Made by a program: the position numbers and the translations under genes | Source: Candidatus Nomurabacteria bacterium | GTDB lineage: Bacteria; Patescibacteriota; Minisyncoccia; Phycocordibacterales; UBA918 | Length of the DNA: 64,000 nt | Direction of reading: 5' to 3' | NCBI GenBank assembly: GCA_023898585.1 | Contig: CP060229.1 | Coordinates: 314,709-378,708 of the forward strand | The notes under the pieces: model-generated | Told to the model about the DNA's origin: nothing | The model's database searches: none | What the model saw: only the letters and a program-made list of their open reading frames with translations | Shown: one piece after another, positions 1 through 7,435 of the stretch | Position numbering within the stretch: position 1 is the first letter of the stretch | Layout: each line of letters starts with the position of its first letter

Positions 1-1
1 A

Positions 2-538
2 ATTCACGATATCTTCTTGCAAGTCCTCGATGAGGGCTCCTTTACTGATTCACGCGGAAACAAAGTGAATGCGCGAAATACGATTATCATCGCCACGTCC
101 AATGCCGGGAGTGATTTGATTCTACGTACAGTAAAACAACGAAAAGTTCTTGCGACTTTATACCAAAAGATAATCGACCATGTCATTAAGGAAGGTACTT
201 ATCGACCGGAGCTAATAAACCGCTTTGACAGTACGGTTATTTTCGAACCTCTCACAACGGCACAACAAACCGAGGTGGCCAATTTGATGCTCGGCGGACT
301 GTATGAAAGAGTGAAAGAAAAAGGTTATGAAGTTAATGTGAGCGAAGATTTACTCGATATGTTGGTCAAAAAAGGCTACGATCCCGAATTCGGCGCCCGC
401 CCAATGCAACGAGTACTACAGGATGTGATCGAAGAAAAGATCGCGCAGAAAATAATATCCGGCGCTGTCAAAAAAGGGGACACTATAAATTTGACTCGGG
501 CTGATTTCACGGAGGAGGAATTAGGTGTGGGGCAGTGA
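2..538 (+). CDS. C-terminal fragment of a Clp/Hsp100-family AAA+ ATPase (ClpB/ClpC-like D2 small domain); 5' end lies outside the window
   Basis: Translation contains NTIIIATSNAGS and GARPMQRVLQ-type motifs typical of the ClpA/B/C C-terminal domain; reading frame is open from position 2. Confidence 0.7.
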   Translation: MHDIFLQVLDEGSFTDSRGNKVNARNTIIIATSNAGSDLILRTVKQRKVLATLYQKIIDHVIKEGTYRPELINRFDSTVIFEPLTTAQQTEVANLMLGGLYERVKEKGYEVNVSEDLLDMLVKKGYDPEFGARPMQRVLQDVIEEKIAQKIISGAVKKGDTINLTRADFTEEELGVGQ

Positions 539-565
539 GTACAGCAAGAATTGGAAGTTATGAAC

Positions 566-596
566 TGCCTCGTCCTGACAGGACGAGGCAGTTTTT
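566..596 (+). terminator. Rho-independent terminator after the clp gene
   Basis: ctgcctcgtcc-tgaca-ggacgaggcag stem-loop followed by TTTTT. Confidence 0.6.
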
Positions 597-841
597 GCGG
601 AATAAAAAACCTATCAGCCTCATTGTCCGTGTGGACAAAATAAAGACTGATAGGTGTGTAAGACGGGGCATCCTTATCCCTAGTAAGGTTGATTCGCACA
701 ACTAAGAGCAAAAACTGCATTGCTCCTAAACAATGACATATCAAACCCCGCATCACACAAGTCGATTTTTCACACAAATATGTTTGCGGTAAGGCGAGAA
801 AGAGAGCGTTTTCTTGCGCTTTCCGGACAAAAAACTCAACA

Positions 842-1834
842 TTGGTAAACTTTCCTAACCTGACATACAATAGTAGGTATATGCAAGCAAAAAATATTGT
901 AATGACCATATTGGCATTAGTACTAATAGGATCAGTGGCCTATTTATTCATTAAAAGTAGCGATGAAACAATGGTGGTAAAAGATGAACCGACACCCACC
1001 GAAACAACCGAGGATTTGTCTTCCGACTCTGACAAGGAGAAAGGAGAAGAAAGTAGACCACTTAATGAAGTTGTTATAAGAGAAAGAGGTGAGGAAAGCT
1101 CTCTCGGTTTTTCGGCTAACGGCAACGAGATTATTGCCTATCATTTCGGCCATGGAGCAAATGAGATATTATTCATCGGAGGAACACATGGTGGATACTC
1201 TTGGAACACTGCCTTGGTCGGATACGAATTGGTTGATTATTTGAAAGCCAACCCGGAGGCAATTCCGGAAAATGTAACCGTGACAGTTATTCCTCTACTT
1301 AACCCCGACGGACTTGAGGCCACGATAGGCAAGACCGGTAAATTCACTTCAGCGGACGCTACCGGAATAAGCGATGAAACTCGTGTGGCTGGTCGCTTCA
1401 ACGCCAATGAGGTTGACTTGAACCGAAACTTTGATTGCGAGTGGAAGGCAACCGGAACATGGAAGGACCAGTCTGTTAGTGGTGGAGAATCACCATTTTC
1501 AGAATCAGAAGCGGTTGCTGTGAGGGATTACGTAGAAACATACAAACCGGTGGCTGCCGTGGTTTGGTTTAGTTCCGAAGGAAAGGTATATCCATCTGCC
1601 TGCAAAGGAGTGCCAAGCAAAGACTCGGTCACACTGGCCGCCACTTTTGCAACCGCAGCTGGATACCCAGCCGAAGCTGAGTTTAACGCTTACGCCATTA
1701 CCGGCGACATGGTGAACTGGATGGCAGGTCAAGGTATCCCTGCTATCAGCGTTCTTCTTTCCGACCACAACAGCACAGAATGGGAAAAGAACGAAGCTGG
1801 TATTGAAGCAGTAATAAAGGCTTATTCTGAATAA
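842..1834 (+). CDS. M14-like zinc carboxypeptidase family protein with N-terminal membrane anchor, paralog 1 (HGGYSWN variant)
   Basis: N-terminal TM helix; motifs GGTHGGYSWN, NPDG and NRNFDCEW resemble M14 / murein-peptide amidase-type peptidases; 40-50% similar to the next ORF. Confidence 0.5.
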   Translation: MVNFPNLTYNSRYMQAKNIVMTILALVLIGSVAYLFIKSSDETMVVKDEPTPTETTEDLSSDSDKEKGEESRPLNEVVIRERGEESSLGFSANGNEIIAYHFGHGANEILFIGGTHGGYSWNTALVGYELVDYLKANPEAIPENVTVTVIPLLNPDGLEATIGKTGKFTSADATGISDETRVAGRFNANEVDLNRNFDCEWKATGTWKDQSVSGGESPFSESEAVAVRDYVETYKPVAAVVWFSSEGKVYPSACKGVPSKDSVTLAATFATAAGYPAEAEFNAYAITGDMVNWMAGQGIPAISVLLSDHNSTEWEKNEAGIEAVIKAYSE

Positions 1835-2733
1835 TGAACCAAACTCCAAAAGTTATACTGGGCGTATTGCTACTCCTTGTTGTATTAGGAATTGTATTCA
1901 TGACATTCAAAAGTGTGTCCGAGCCACTCCCGGTGCCGATTGCTGAACCAAAGAAAGAAGTAATAACCGTTAAACCAACACCGACTTCAACCAGAACGAT
2001 AATCGGCAGATCTGCTCAAAATAGAGAAATTTCAGCTCTTACTTTTGGAACCGGAGAAACGAATATACTTTTAGTCGGAGGAATCCATGGTGGCTACGAA
2101 TGGAACAGTGTTGTGCTAGCCTACGAAATGATTGATTATTTTGAAACTAACCCCATTGCGATTCCAGAGGAAGTTACCGTTCATATCATTCCCAATCTTA
2201 ATCCTGACGGACTATTCCTCGCAACCGGCCTGCAAGGTAAATTTTCCGCTTCAGACATTCCAAACAACGACATGCACAATTCGGGAGTCGGACGTTTCAA
2301 CGCCAACGATGTTGATATAAACCGAAACTTTGATTGTCGGTGGGCAGAGAGTGGCGTATGGAGAGGTAAGGAAGTTAGCGCCGGAAGTGCGCCGTTCTCA
2401 GAACCAGAAGCCGTCGCTCTTCGAGACTATGTAAACAGCATAAAACCAAAAGCGACAATCTTCTGGCACAGTAAAGCTGGCAATGTTTATGGTTCGGAAT
2501 GCGGAGGAGAAGTCGCCGATAAAACTTTAACCCTTATGCGTACTTATGCCAATGCTTCCGGCTACGGACAAGTGCCGGTGTTTGACGCTTACGTGGTGAC
2601 CGGAGCGGCTGAGGATTGGTTGGCTTCGCTTGGCATACCGACAGTTTCGGTTGAGCTAACGAGCAGAACAGACTCTGAGTACGAACAGAACTTAGCCGGT
2701 GTAAAAGCAGTGCTGGATCTGTACGGAAAATAA
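1834..2733 (+). CDS. M14-like zinc carboxypeptidase family protein, paralog 2 (HGGYEWN)
   Basis: N-terminal TM; GGIHGGYEWN, NPDG, NRNFDCRW motifs; start overlaps the stop of paralog 1 (tandem duplicate). Confidence 0.5.
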   Translation: MNQTPKVILGVLLLLVVLGIVFMTFKSVSEPLPVPIAEPKKEVITVKPTPTSTRTIIGRSAQNREISALTFGTGETNILLVGGIHGGYEWNSVVLAYEMIDYFETNPIAIPEEVTVHIIPNLNPDGLFLATGLQGKFSASDIPNNDMHNSGVGRFNANDVDINRNFDCRWAESGVWRGKEVSAGSAPFSEPEAVALRDYVNSIKPKATIFWHSKAGNVYGSECGGEVADKTLTLMRTYANASGYGQVPVFDAYVVTGAAEDWLASLGIPTVSVELTSRTDSEYEQNLAGVKAVLDLYGK

Positions 2734-2746
2734 AATGTTCTACTTT

Positions 2747-2842
2747 CTAGAGCATGTCCAAAAACCCACCGAGCTCCAAAGGTTTGCAAAATTTGAGACA
2801 AGAACTTACTCTTTTGTGTAGAGTTTTTGGACATGCTCTAGA
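2747..2842. repeat. Copy A of a ~60-nt dispersed intergenic repeat, here embedded in a long hairpin (19-nt inverted arms at 2747-2765 and 2824-2842)
   Basis: 2747-2807 is 52/54 identical (as reverse complement) to 44105-44165; arms ctagagcatgtccaaaaac / gtttttggacatgctctag. Confidence 0.6.
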
Positions 2843-2902
2843 GTAGGAGGCTAAGGGCACACTGCTGTAGTATAAGTTAGTGAAATTATTATGATTTAAA
2901 TT

Positions 2903-2933
2903 GCCGGCGCCCAAAGGCGCCGGCCGGTTTTTA
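2903..2933 (+). terminator. GC-rich hairpin terminator
   Basis: gccggcgcc-caaa-ggcgccggc followed by a T-run. Confidence 0.55.
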
Positions 2934-2958
2934 ATGCTACAATATTTACAAATGTTTA

Positions 2959-4005
2959 TTGGTTAATAAATTTAATATTATGTATCCATTTTTTCAAAAT
3001 AAATACGTCAGGTTTGGTGGAGGAGCAATTGTGATTTTGTTTCTATTATTTATAGTTTTTGCAGTAATTATCGGATCACTCAACGATGCTAGAAGTGGTA
3101 TAGGTCTTTCAAACGAGATGGGCTACGGGGGACAAAGCGCACCAAACTTTGCCATGAACAAAACAATGTCTGATGGAATGAGAGTGGACTCAGATATGGT
3201 GGTAATAGAATCAGAAGCGATGTACTATCCTCCAGAACCGTCACCCAGCAACTACACCTCAAATCTTGAGACCTACGAAACAACCACCTACGTAGCCTCA
3301 GGAAGGACGAAAGAATTTGACGAGGCTTGCTCAACAATCACGAATTTAAAAACAAGCTCTGATATTCACTTCCAATCAATCAACACGGGCACGAATTATT
3401 GCCAAGCAAGTTTCTTTGCTGAAGAAGAGCAAGCAGTAGCTGTAACGGAAACACTTAAAGGTTTCAAAGGAATTGAAGTCACACGAAATACATCTTCAGT
3501 CACTCGTCACCGGCAACAATTACAAAGTCAAACAAATATTCTACAACAACAGCTAGCTCGTGTAGACAAAACTCTTCAATCAGCCGAAGCACAACTCGAT
3601 CGACTCAACAGTCGATTCCATTCAACAGATGAAGTCACAGCACTTTCTTCAGAGGTAACAAACAGCCTGAGATTCATTGATCAAATGACATCCAAAAAAA
3701 TCAGTCTCATCAGTCAGCTAAACAATACCTACCAACAAGCTACCGACCTTGAGGCCCGCATGGACGTAGTTGAATTTTCTGTAAACTTCAATAGAGCAAA
3801 CCCAATCTATCCAAGTAAGTTTACTAGTCAGTGGGACAACGCTTGGGAAGAAGTGAAGGAGCAATTTAACGAAACTCTTATTGGAGTAACTGCTGTATTT
3901 GCCATCTTCCTATTCTGGGTATTCCGGATAGCTCTTTATCTAATTGTACTCATTGTTGTACTACGAGGATTCTGGAAGTTTGTAAAGCTACTTTGGAATA
4001 AGTAG
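2959..4005 (+). CDS. Hypothetical membrane protein (N-terminal TM, Q-rich coiled-coil middle, C-terminal TM helices)
   Basis: ORF with hydrophobic N- and C-terminal segments; no recognisable catalytic motifs. Confidence 0.45.
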   Translation: MVNKFNIMYPFFQNKYVRFGGGAIVILFLLFIVFAVIIGSLNDARSGIGLSNEMGYGGQSAPNFAMNKTMSDGMRVDSDMVVIESEAMYYPPEPSPSNYTSNLETYETTTYVASGRTKEFDEACSTITNLKTSSDIHFQSINTGTNYCQASFFAEEEQAVAVTETLKGFKGIEVTRNTSSVTRHRQQLQSQTNILQQQLARVDKTLQSAEAQLDRLNSRFHSTDEVTALSSEVTNSLRFIDQMTSKKISLISQLNNTYQQATDLEARMDVVEFSVNFNRANPIYPSKFTSQWDNAWEEVKEQFNETLIGVTAVFAIFLFWVFRIALYLIVLIVVLRGFWKFVKLLWNK

Positions 4006-4020
4006 CAGCAATTTGAAGTA

Positions 4021-4056
4021 AAACAAAACAGCGAGTTAGACTCGCTGTTTTGTTTT
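4021..4056. terminator. Bidirectional terminator hairpin between convergent genes
   Basis: aaacaaaacagcgagt-taga-ctcgctgttttgtttt, perfect 16-bp stem with A-run and T-run flanks. Confidence 0.6.
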
Positions 4057-4966
4057 ACTTTCCATGGAATTTTTTATGTACTTCTCGTAAATGTTTATCA
4101 GTCACATGCGTGTACACTTGCGTCGTACCGATGTTCGCGTGACCAAGAAGAGCCTGGACGGAACGCAGGTCGGCTCCGTTTGAAAGCAGGTCGGTCGCAA
4201 AGCTGTGGCGAATAACGTGCGGTGTCACTTTGCGAGTAATACCGGCGGAAACTGCATACTTCTTTAAAAGTCTTTGCACCGCCCGAGGAGACAATCGCAG
4301 ATCGCCACCATCATTTGCCTTACGCCCGTAGCGCACGAACATTGCATCGTCCATGTCTTTACGATTCTTCAGATAATCTTGCAGTGACTTCCTTGCGGTA
4401 TCAGACAAGAAAACCACTCGTACTTTGTCACCCTTACCCCGAACAGAAAATTCATCACGAGTCATATCAACATCATCGATTGACAATCCGCACAATTCGG
4501 AGATACGAAGACCGGTGGAAAATAAAAGTTCCAAAATCGCTCTGTCGCGCCTACCTTCGAGTGTCTTTTGATCCGGCGCGTTCATCAGTCTTTTTAGTTC
4601 AGCTGAAGAGATAAGATCGAGCGATCGCTCAGGCACCTTTGTCAATTCTATTCGCTCAGGAGAAAGAGCCTCTATCCCTCGCTTGCGCAAAAACTTTAGA
4701 AACGCCCTAAGAGCGATTAGGTAATAGTTTTGAGTGCGTCGTTTCATGGGTTCAATTCTTCCGCCAACTTTTGTTCCGGGTTGACGATTAAGATAGACTC
4801 GAAACGTTCGCACCTGTTCCTCGGTAAGGTCGGACGGTTTCTTCACATCGGCAAATGCAAAAAATCTATCCAGGTATCGATCGTAGTTCTCAACCGTCTT
4901 TACACTCCTACCCCTTTCTATTTCCAGATACTCCAGAAATTGTCGTTTCAGTTCCATCAGGTCCAT
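4055..4966 (-). CDS. xerD: Tyrosine site-specific recombinase XerC/XerD family
   Basis: C-terminal HVIRHSFATDLL...LGH...TQVYTH catalytic R-H-R-Y signature; ~300 aa, typical of Xer recombinases. Confidence 0.8.
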   Translation of the reverse strand: MDLMELKRQFLEYLEIERGRSVKTVENYDRYLDRFFAFADVKKPSDLTEEQVRTFRVYLNRQPGTKVGGRIEPMKRRTQNYYLIALRAFLKFLRKRGIEALSPERIELTKVPERSLDLISSAELKRLMNAPDQKTLEGRRDRAILELLFSTGLRISELCGLSIDDVDMTRDEFSVRGKGDKVRVVFLSDTARKSLQDYLKNRKDMDDAMFVRYGRKANDGGDLRLSPRAVQRLLKKYAVSAGITRKVTPHVIRHSFATDLLSNGADLRSVQALLGHANIGTTQVYTHVTDKHLREVHKKFHGK

Positions 4967-5240
4967 GTTGGTTACATTATATCAATTTTAGAAATTGTTT
5001 TGCGACATTAAGAGAACATTGACATAATGTTTTTTATATGTATAATATTGGCGTCACTTTTTTTGACATGGCTTAAGTTGCTGGACGCCTTTGTGGTGAC
5101 CTTGACCCAGCAACCTCCTGTGATCGTCGGGAATCAGAGATCAGGAGCCCAGGATGAGCCTTGACCCCTTCACCCCTTTTCGAAAGAAAAGTAAGCGGGG
5201 TATTTTCCTTCCTTTTCAGTCGGAAAAGAAGGAGAGAAAA

Positions 5241-5546
5241 ATGTACAGAGTAATTTGTAAGTCGAAATTTTTCGGATCAGAATCTGAAAAGATAATATGG
5301 GAAGGCAAGGATTTGGTGGAGCTCAGTAAAAAGTACCCACCGAGTAAGATATTCCGCGCCGATCCTTTCTGCCACAAAGAGTTCGAAGACGGATATATCG
5401 TGGAAGATTATCACTTCGAAAAACTCGAAGGTGGCGAGTGGGTCAAAATAAGTGACCCACGAAAGAGGATTGACGAGAGGCTCACTCAACACGAAATAGA
5501 GACCGAGCGAGAGAATCGTCGCATGTTCCCTGGCGACCACGTCTAG
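5241..5546 (+). CDS. Hypothetical small protein (101 aa)
   Basis: ATG at 5241 is preceded by AAGGAG at the right spacing; the longer ORF start at 5154 lacks an RBS. Confidence 0.4.
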   Translation: MYRVICKSKFFGSESEKIIWEGKDLVELSKKYPPSKIFRADPFCHKEFEDGYIVEDYHFEKLEGGEWVKISDPRKRIDERLTQHEIETERENRRMFPGDHV

Positions 5547-5564
5547 GACGTGACTAAGGGGATG

Positions 5565-5597
5565 GCCTGGCAACTAATCATTGCCGGGTTTTTATTT
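5565..5597 (+). terminator. Putative intrinsic terminator
   Basis: gcctggcaa...ttgccgggt hairpin followed by TTTTTATTTTT. Confidence 0.45.
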
Positions 5598-5604
5598 TTA
5601 CCAT

Positions 5605-5633
5605 TGACAAAAAATCACCTGGTGATAATTTAC
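5605..5633 (+). promoter_or_regulatory. Sigma70-like promoter (TTGACA-N16-TAATTT)
   Basis: Consensus -35 hexamer with near-consensus -10 upstream of the 5726 ORF. Confidence 0.35.
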
Positions 5634-5725
5634 AAACTACATTTTCCTCATTAACCAACACAAGTTCGGAGGACGACAAAGTGAGCACTTACGAACCTGA
5701 ACCCTCTCCTTGAATTAAGAAATTC

Positions 5726-6055
5726 ATGCGCGATTACCTGAAGAAACCAGAGGTCTCTTCTGTTGCAATATATATCTGGAAGCAGGCACTGGAGGAGTGT
5801 GACAGCTTCGACGACTACGCATATGTTTTACAACAAACGAAACTGACACAACGAAGCAATAGACATTGGCTTTTAGTCCGAAAACTGGCTTCCCTTGCAA
5901 GATCAAATCAACAGATAATGTACATTGCTTCCGTTATGCCAGACAACCACAAAGATCTCGTTCGCGAGCGCCGTGAACTAATGCGTAGGGCAATAGAGAA
6001 TTTGAAACCGCCAGATGAATTTAAAAAGCTACTAGAAGCTTTTAAGTACATATAA
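5726..6055 (+). CDS. Hypothetical protein (109 aa)
   Basis: ORF only; no recognisable domain. Confidence 0.35.
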   Translation: MRDYLKKPEVSSVAIYIWKQALEECDSFDDYAYVLQQTKLTQRSNRHWLLVRKLASLARSNQQIMYIASVMPDNHKDLVRERRELMRRAIENLKPPDEFKKLLEAFKYI

Positions 6056-6067
6056 GGACTCGATCTG

Positions 6068-6095
6068 ACTCCCGCCCCAGCGGGAGTTCTGTTTT
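6068..6095 (+). terminator. Intrinsic terminator
   Basis: actcccgc-ccca-gcgggagt followed by TCTGTTTT. Confidence 0.5.
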
Positions 6096-6127
6096 ACAAA
6101 CTGATGAAACAGTTTGGTCGTGCAGGG

Positions 6128-6160
6128 TTGATTTTTGCATAAAATATGCTATTATCATGC
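6128..6160 (+). promoter_or_regulatory. Putative rpsO promoter (TTGATT-N17-TATTAT) preceding a ~140-nt leader
   Basis: -35/-10-like hexamers; a long untranslated leader precedes rpsO. Confidence 0.35.
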
Positions 6161-6297
6161 GAACCTATATCCTCGTTAGGATTTTAAAAACTAACTTTTA
6201 GGTATACGGGTTTATTATTCCGGACCAGATGGTGCCACTCGTGTCTTTGGGCATATACGTGGAAATACACGATCGGTTACGTAACAGAAATAACACT

Positions 6298-6564
6298 ATG
6301 CTATCAAAGCGAATAAAAGAAAATACTATCAAGAGCACCCAGCGTCACGACAAAGACACCGGTTCACCGGAAGCACAAGTTGCTCTTTTGACCAGAAAAA
6401 TTGAGGAGTTGTCCACTCACTTACGTAAGCACAAAAAAGATTTTCATTCACGTCGCGGACTGCTACAAATGGTGGCAGACCGTCGCAATCACCTGAAGTA
6501 TCTTCAGAAGAAAGACGAGAAGGCTTACGATGCACTCATTAAAAAGCTTGGTCTAAAAAGATAG
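6298..6564 (+). CDS. rpsO: 30S ribosomal protein S15
   Basis: 88-aa product with S15-type LSKRIKEN...[10 protein letters not shown]...[16 protein letters not shown] sequence; the ORF-track start at 6229 is an upstream in-frame extension. Confidence 0.9.
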   Translation: MLSKRIKENTIKSTQRHDKDTGSPEAQVALLTRKIEELSTHLRKHKKDFHSRRGLLQMVADRRNHLKYLQKKDEKAYDALIKKLGLKR

Positions 6565-6587
6565 TTTCACAACTTTTCGACTCATTT

Positions 6588-6619
6588 ATTCGCTCCAAAC
6601 TGGAGCGAATATTTGTTTC
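6588..6619 (+). terminator. Putative rpsO terminator hairpin
   Basis: attcgctcc-aaac-tggagcgaat with a weak T-rich tail. Confidence 0.4.
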
Positions 6620-6787
6620 GCGGTATAGTGTAAACATTGCAATTATTTTCATATCTTCGCCCACAATCGAAGATAGCGGTTCTGACTGTTAGTATCAAAA
6701 CGATCGATAGTTGGTCTCTATTGCAATCAGACTGTTTTTCATAAACCGGAAACATTTTTAAATAATTAATTTAATTTTAAATAACCT

Positions 6788-7408
6788 ATGGGAGTAATCC
6801 GACACCCCGACCAAAGAGTCGCGGTAATGATTGATACACAAAACTTGTATCACAGTGCAAAGAATTTATATAAATCAAAAGTTAACTTCGGAGAAGTGGT
6901 CAAAGAAGCTGTCCAGGGAAGAAAGTTGATTCGGGCGGTCTCGTATGTAGTAAATACGGAAGGAGGAGAAGAGACCGCTTTTTTTGAAGCAATGGAAAAA
7001 TTGGGGATAGAAATAAAAACCAAAGACTTGCAGATATTTTACGGAGGAGCAAAGAAAGCCGACTGGGACGTGGGTATGGCGGTAGACGCCATCAAAGCTG
7101 CGCACAAAGTTGATGCTGTTGTTTTGGTAACCGGGGACGGAGATTTTATTCCTTGTGTGGAGTACGTGAAAAGTCTTGGGTGCCAAGTGGAAGCTATCAC
7201 CTTCAGCAGATCATCTTCCTCCGGCTTGCGGGCCGTGGTCGATGACTTCATCGATCTGGACGAAGACCCGAAAAGATTTTTGATCGGTTATCGTCCCAGT
7301 AAAAAAAGCGGATCTCGAAAGCGCTCAACTAAAAATTCGAGAACTTCTTCCTCGACCGTCGATGATTCGAAAGCAAAAGTTGTCGGCTCAGACACGGATC
7401 TATTGTAA
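6788..7408 (+). CDS. NYN-domain (LabA/YacP-like) putative RNase with Lys/Ser-rich C-terminal tail
   Basis: VAVMIDTQNLY ... VLVTGDGDFIPCV motif pattern of the NYN/PIN-like nuclease fold. Confidence 0.7.
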   Translation: MGVIRHPDQRVAVMIDTQNLYHSAKNLYKSKVNFGEVVKEAVQGRKLIRAVSYVVNTEGGEETAFFEAMEKLGIEIKTKDLQIFYGGAKKADWDVGMAVDAIKAAHKVDAVVLVTGDGDFIPCVEYVKSLGCQVEAITFSRSSSSGLRAVVDDFIDLDEDPKRFLIGYRPSKKSGSRKRSTKNSRTSSSTVDDSKAKVVGSDTDLL

Positions 7409-7435
7409 GCATTTTTATTAAGTCGAATCACAAAC

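Noticed and set aside
597-841. c-di-AMP (ydaO-type) riboswitch upstream of the cell-wall peptidase genes
   Set aside because: An ACGGGGCA-like segment is present, but the other conserved ydaO blocks (CCGAACCCGACAGCUAAC-like) are absent, so the class is not assigned.
376-909. 177-aa antisense ORF across the clp 3' end, terminator and leader region
   Set aside because: It crosses an intrinsic terminator and overlaps the clp coding region on the opposite strand, and it has no RBS.
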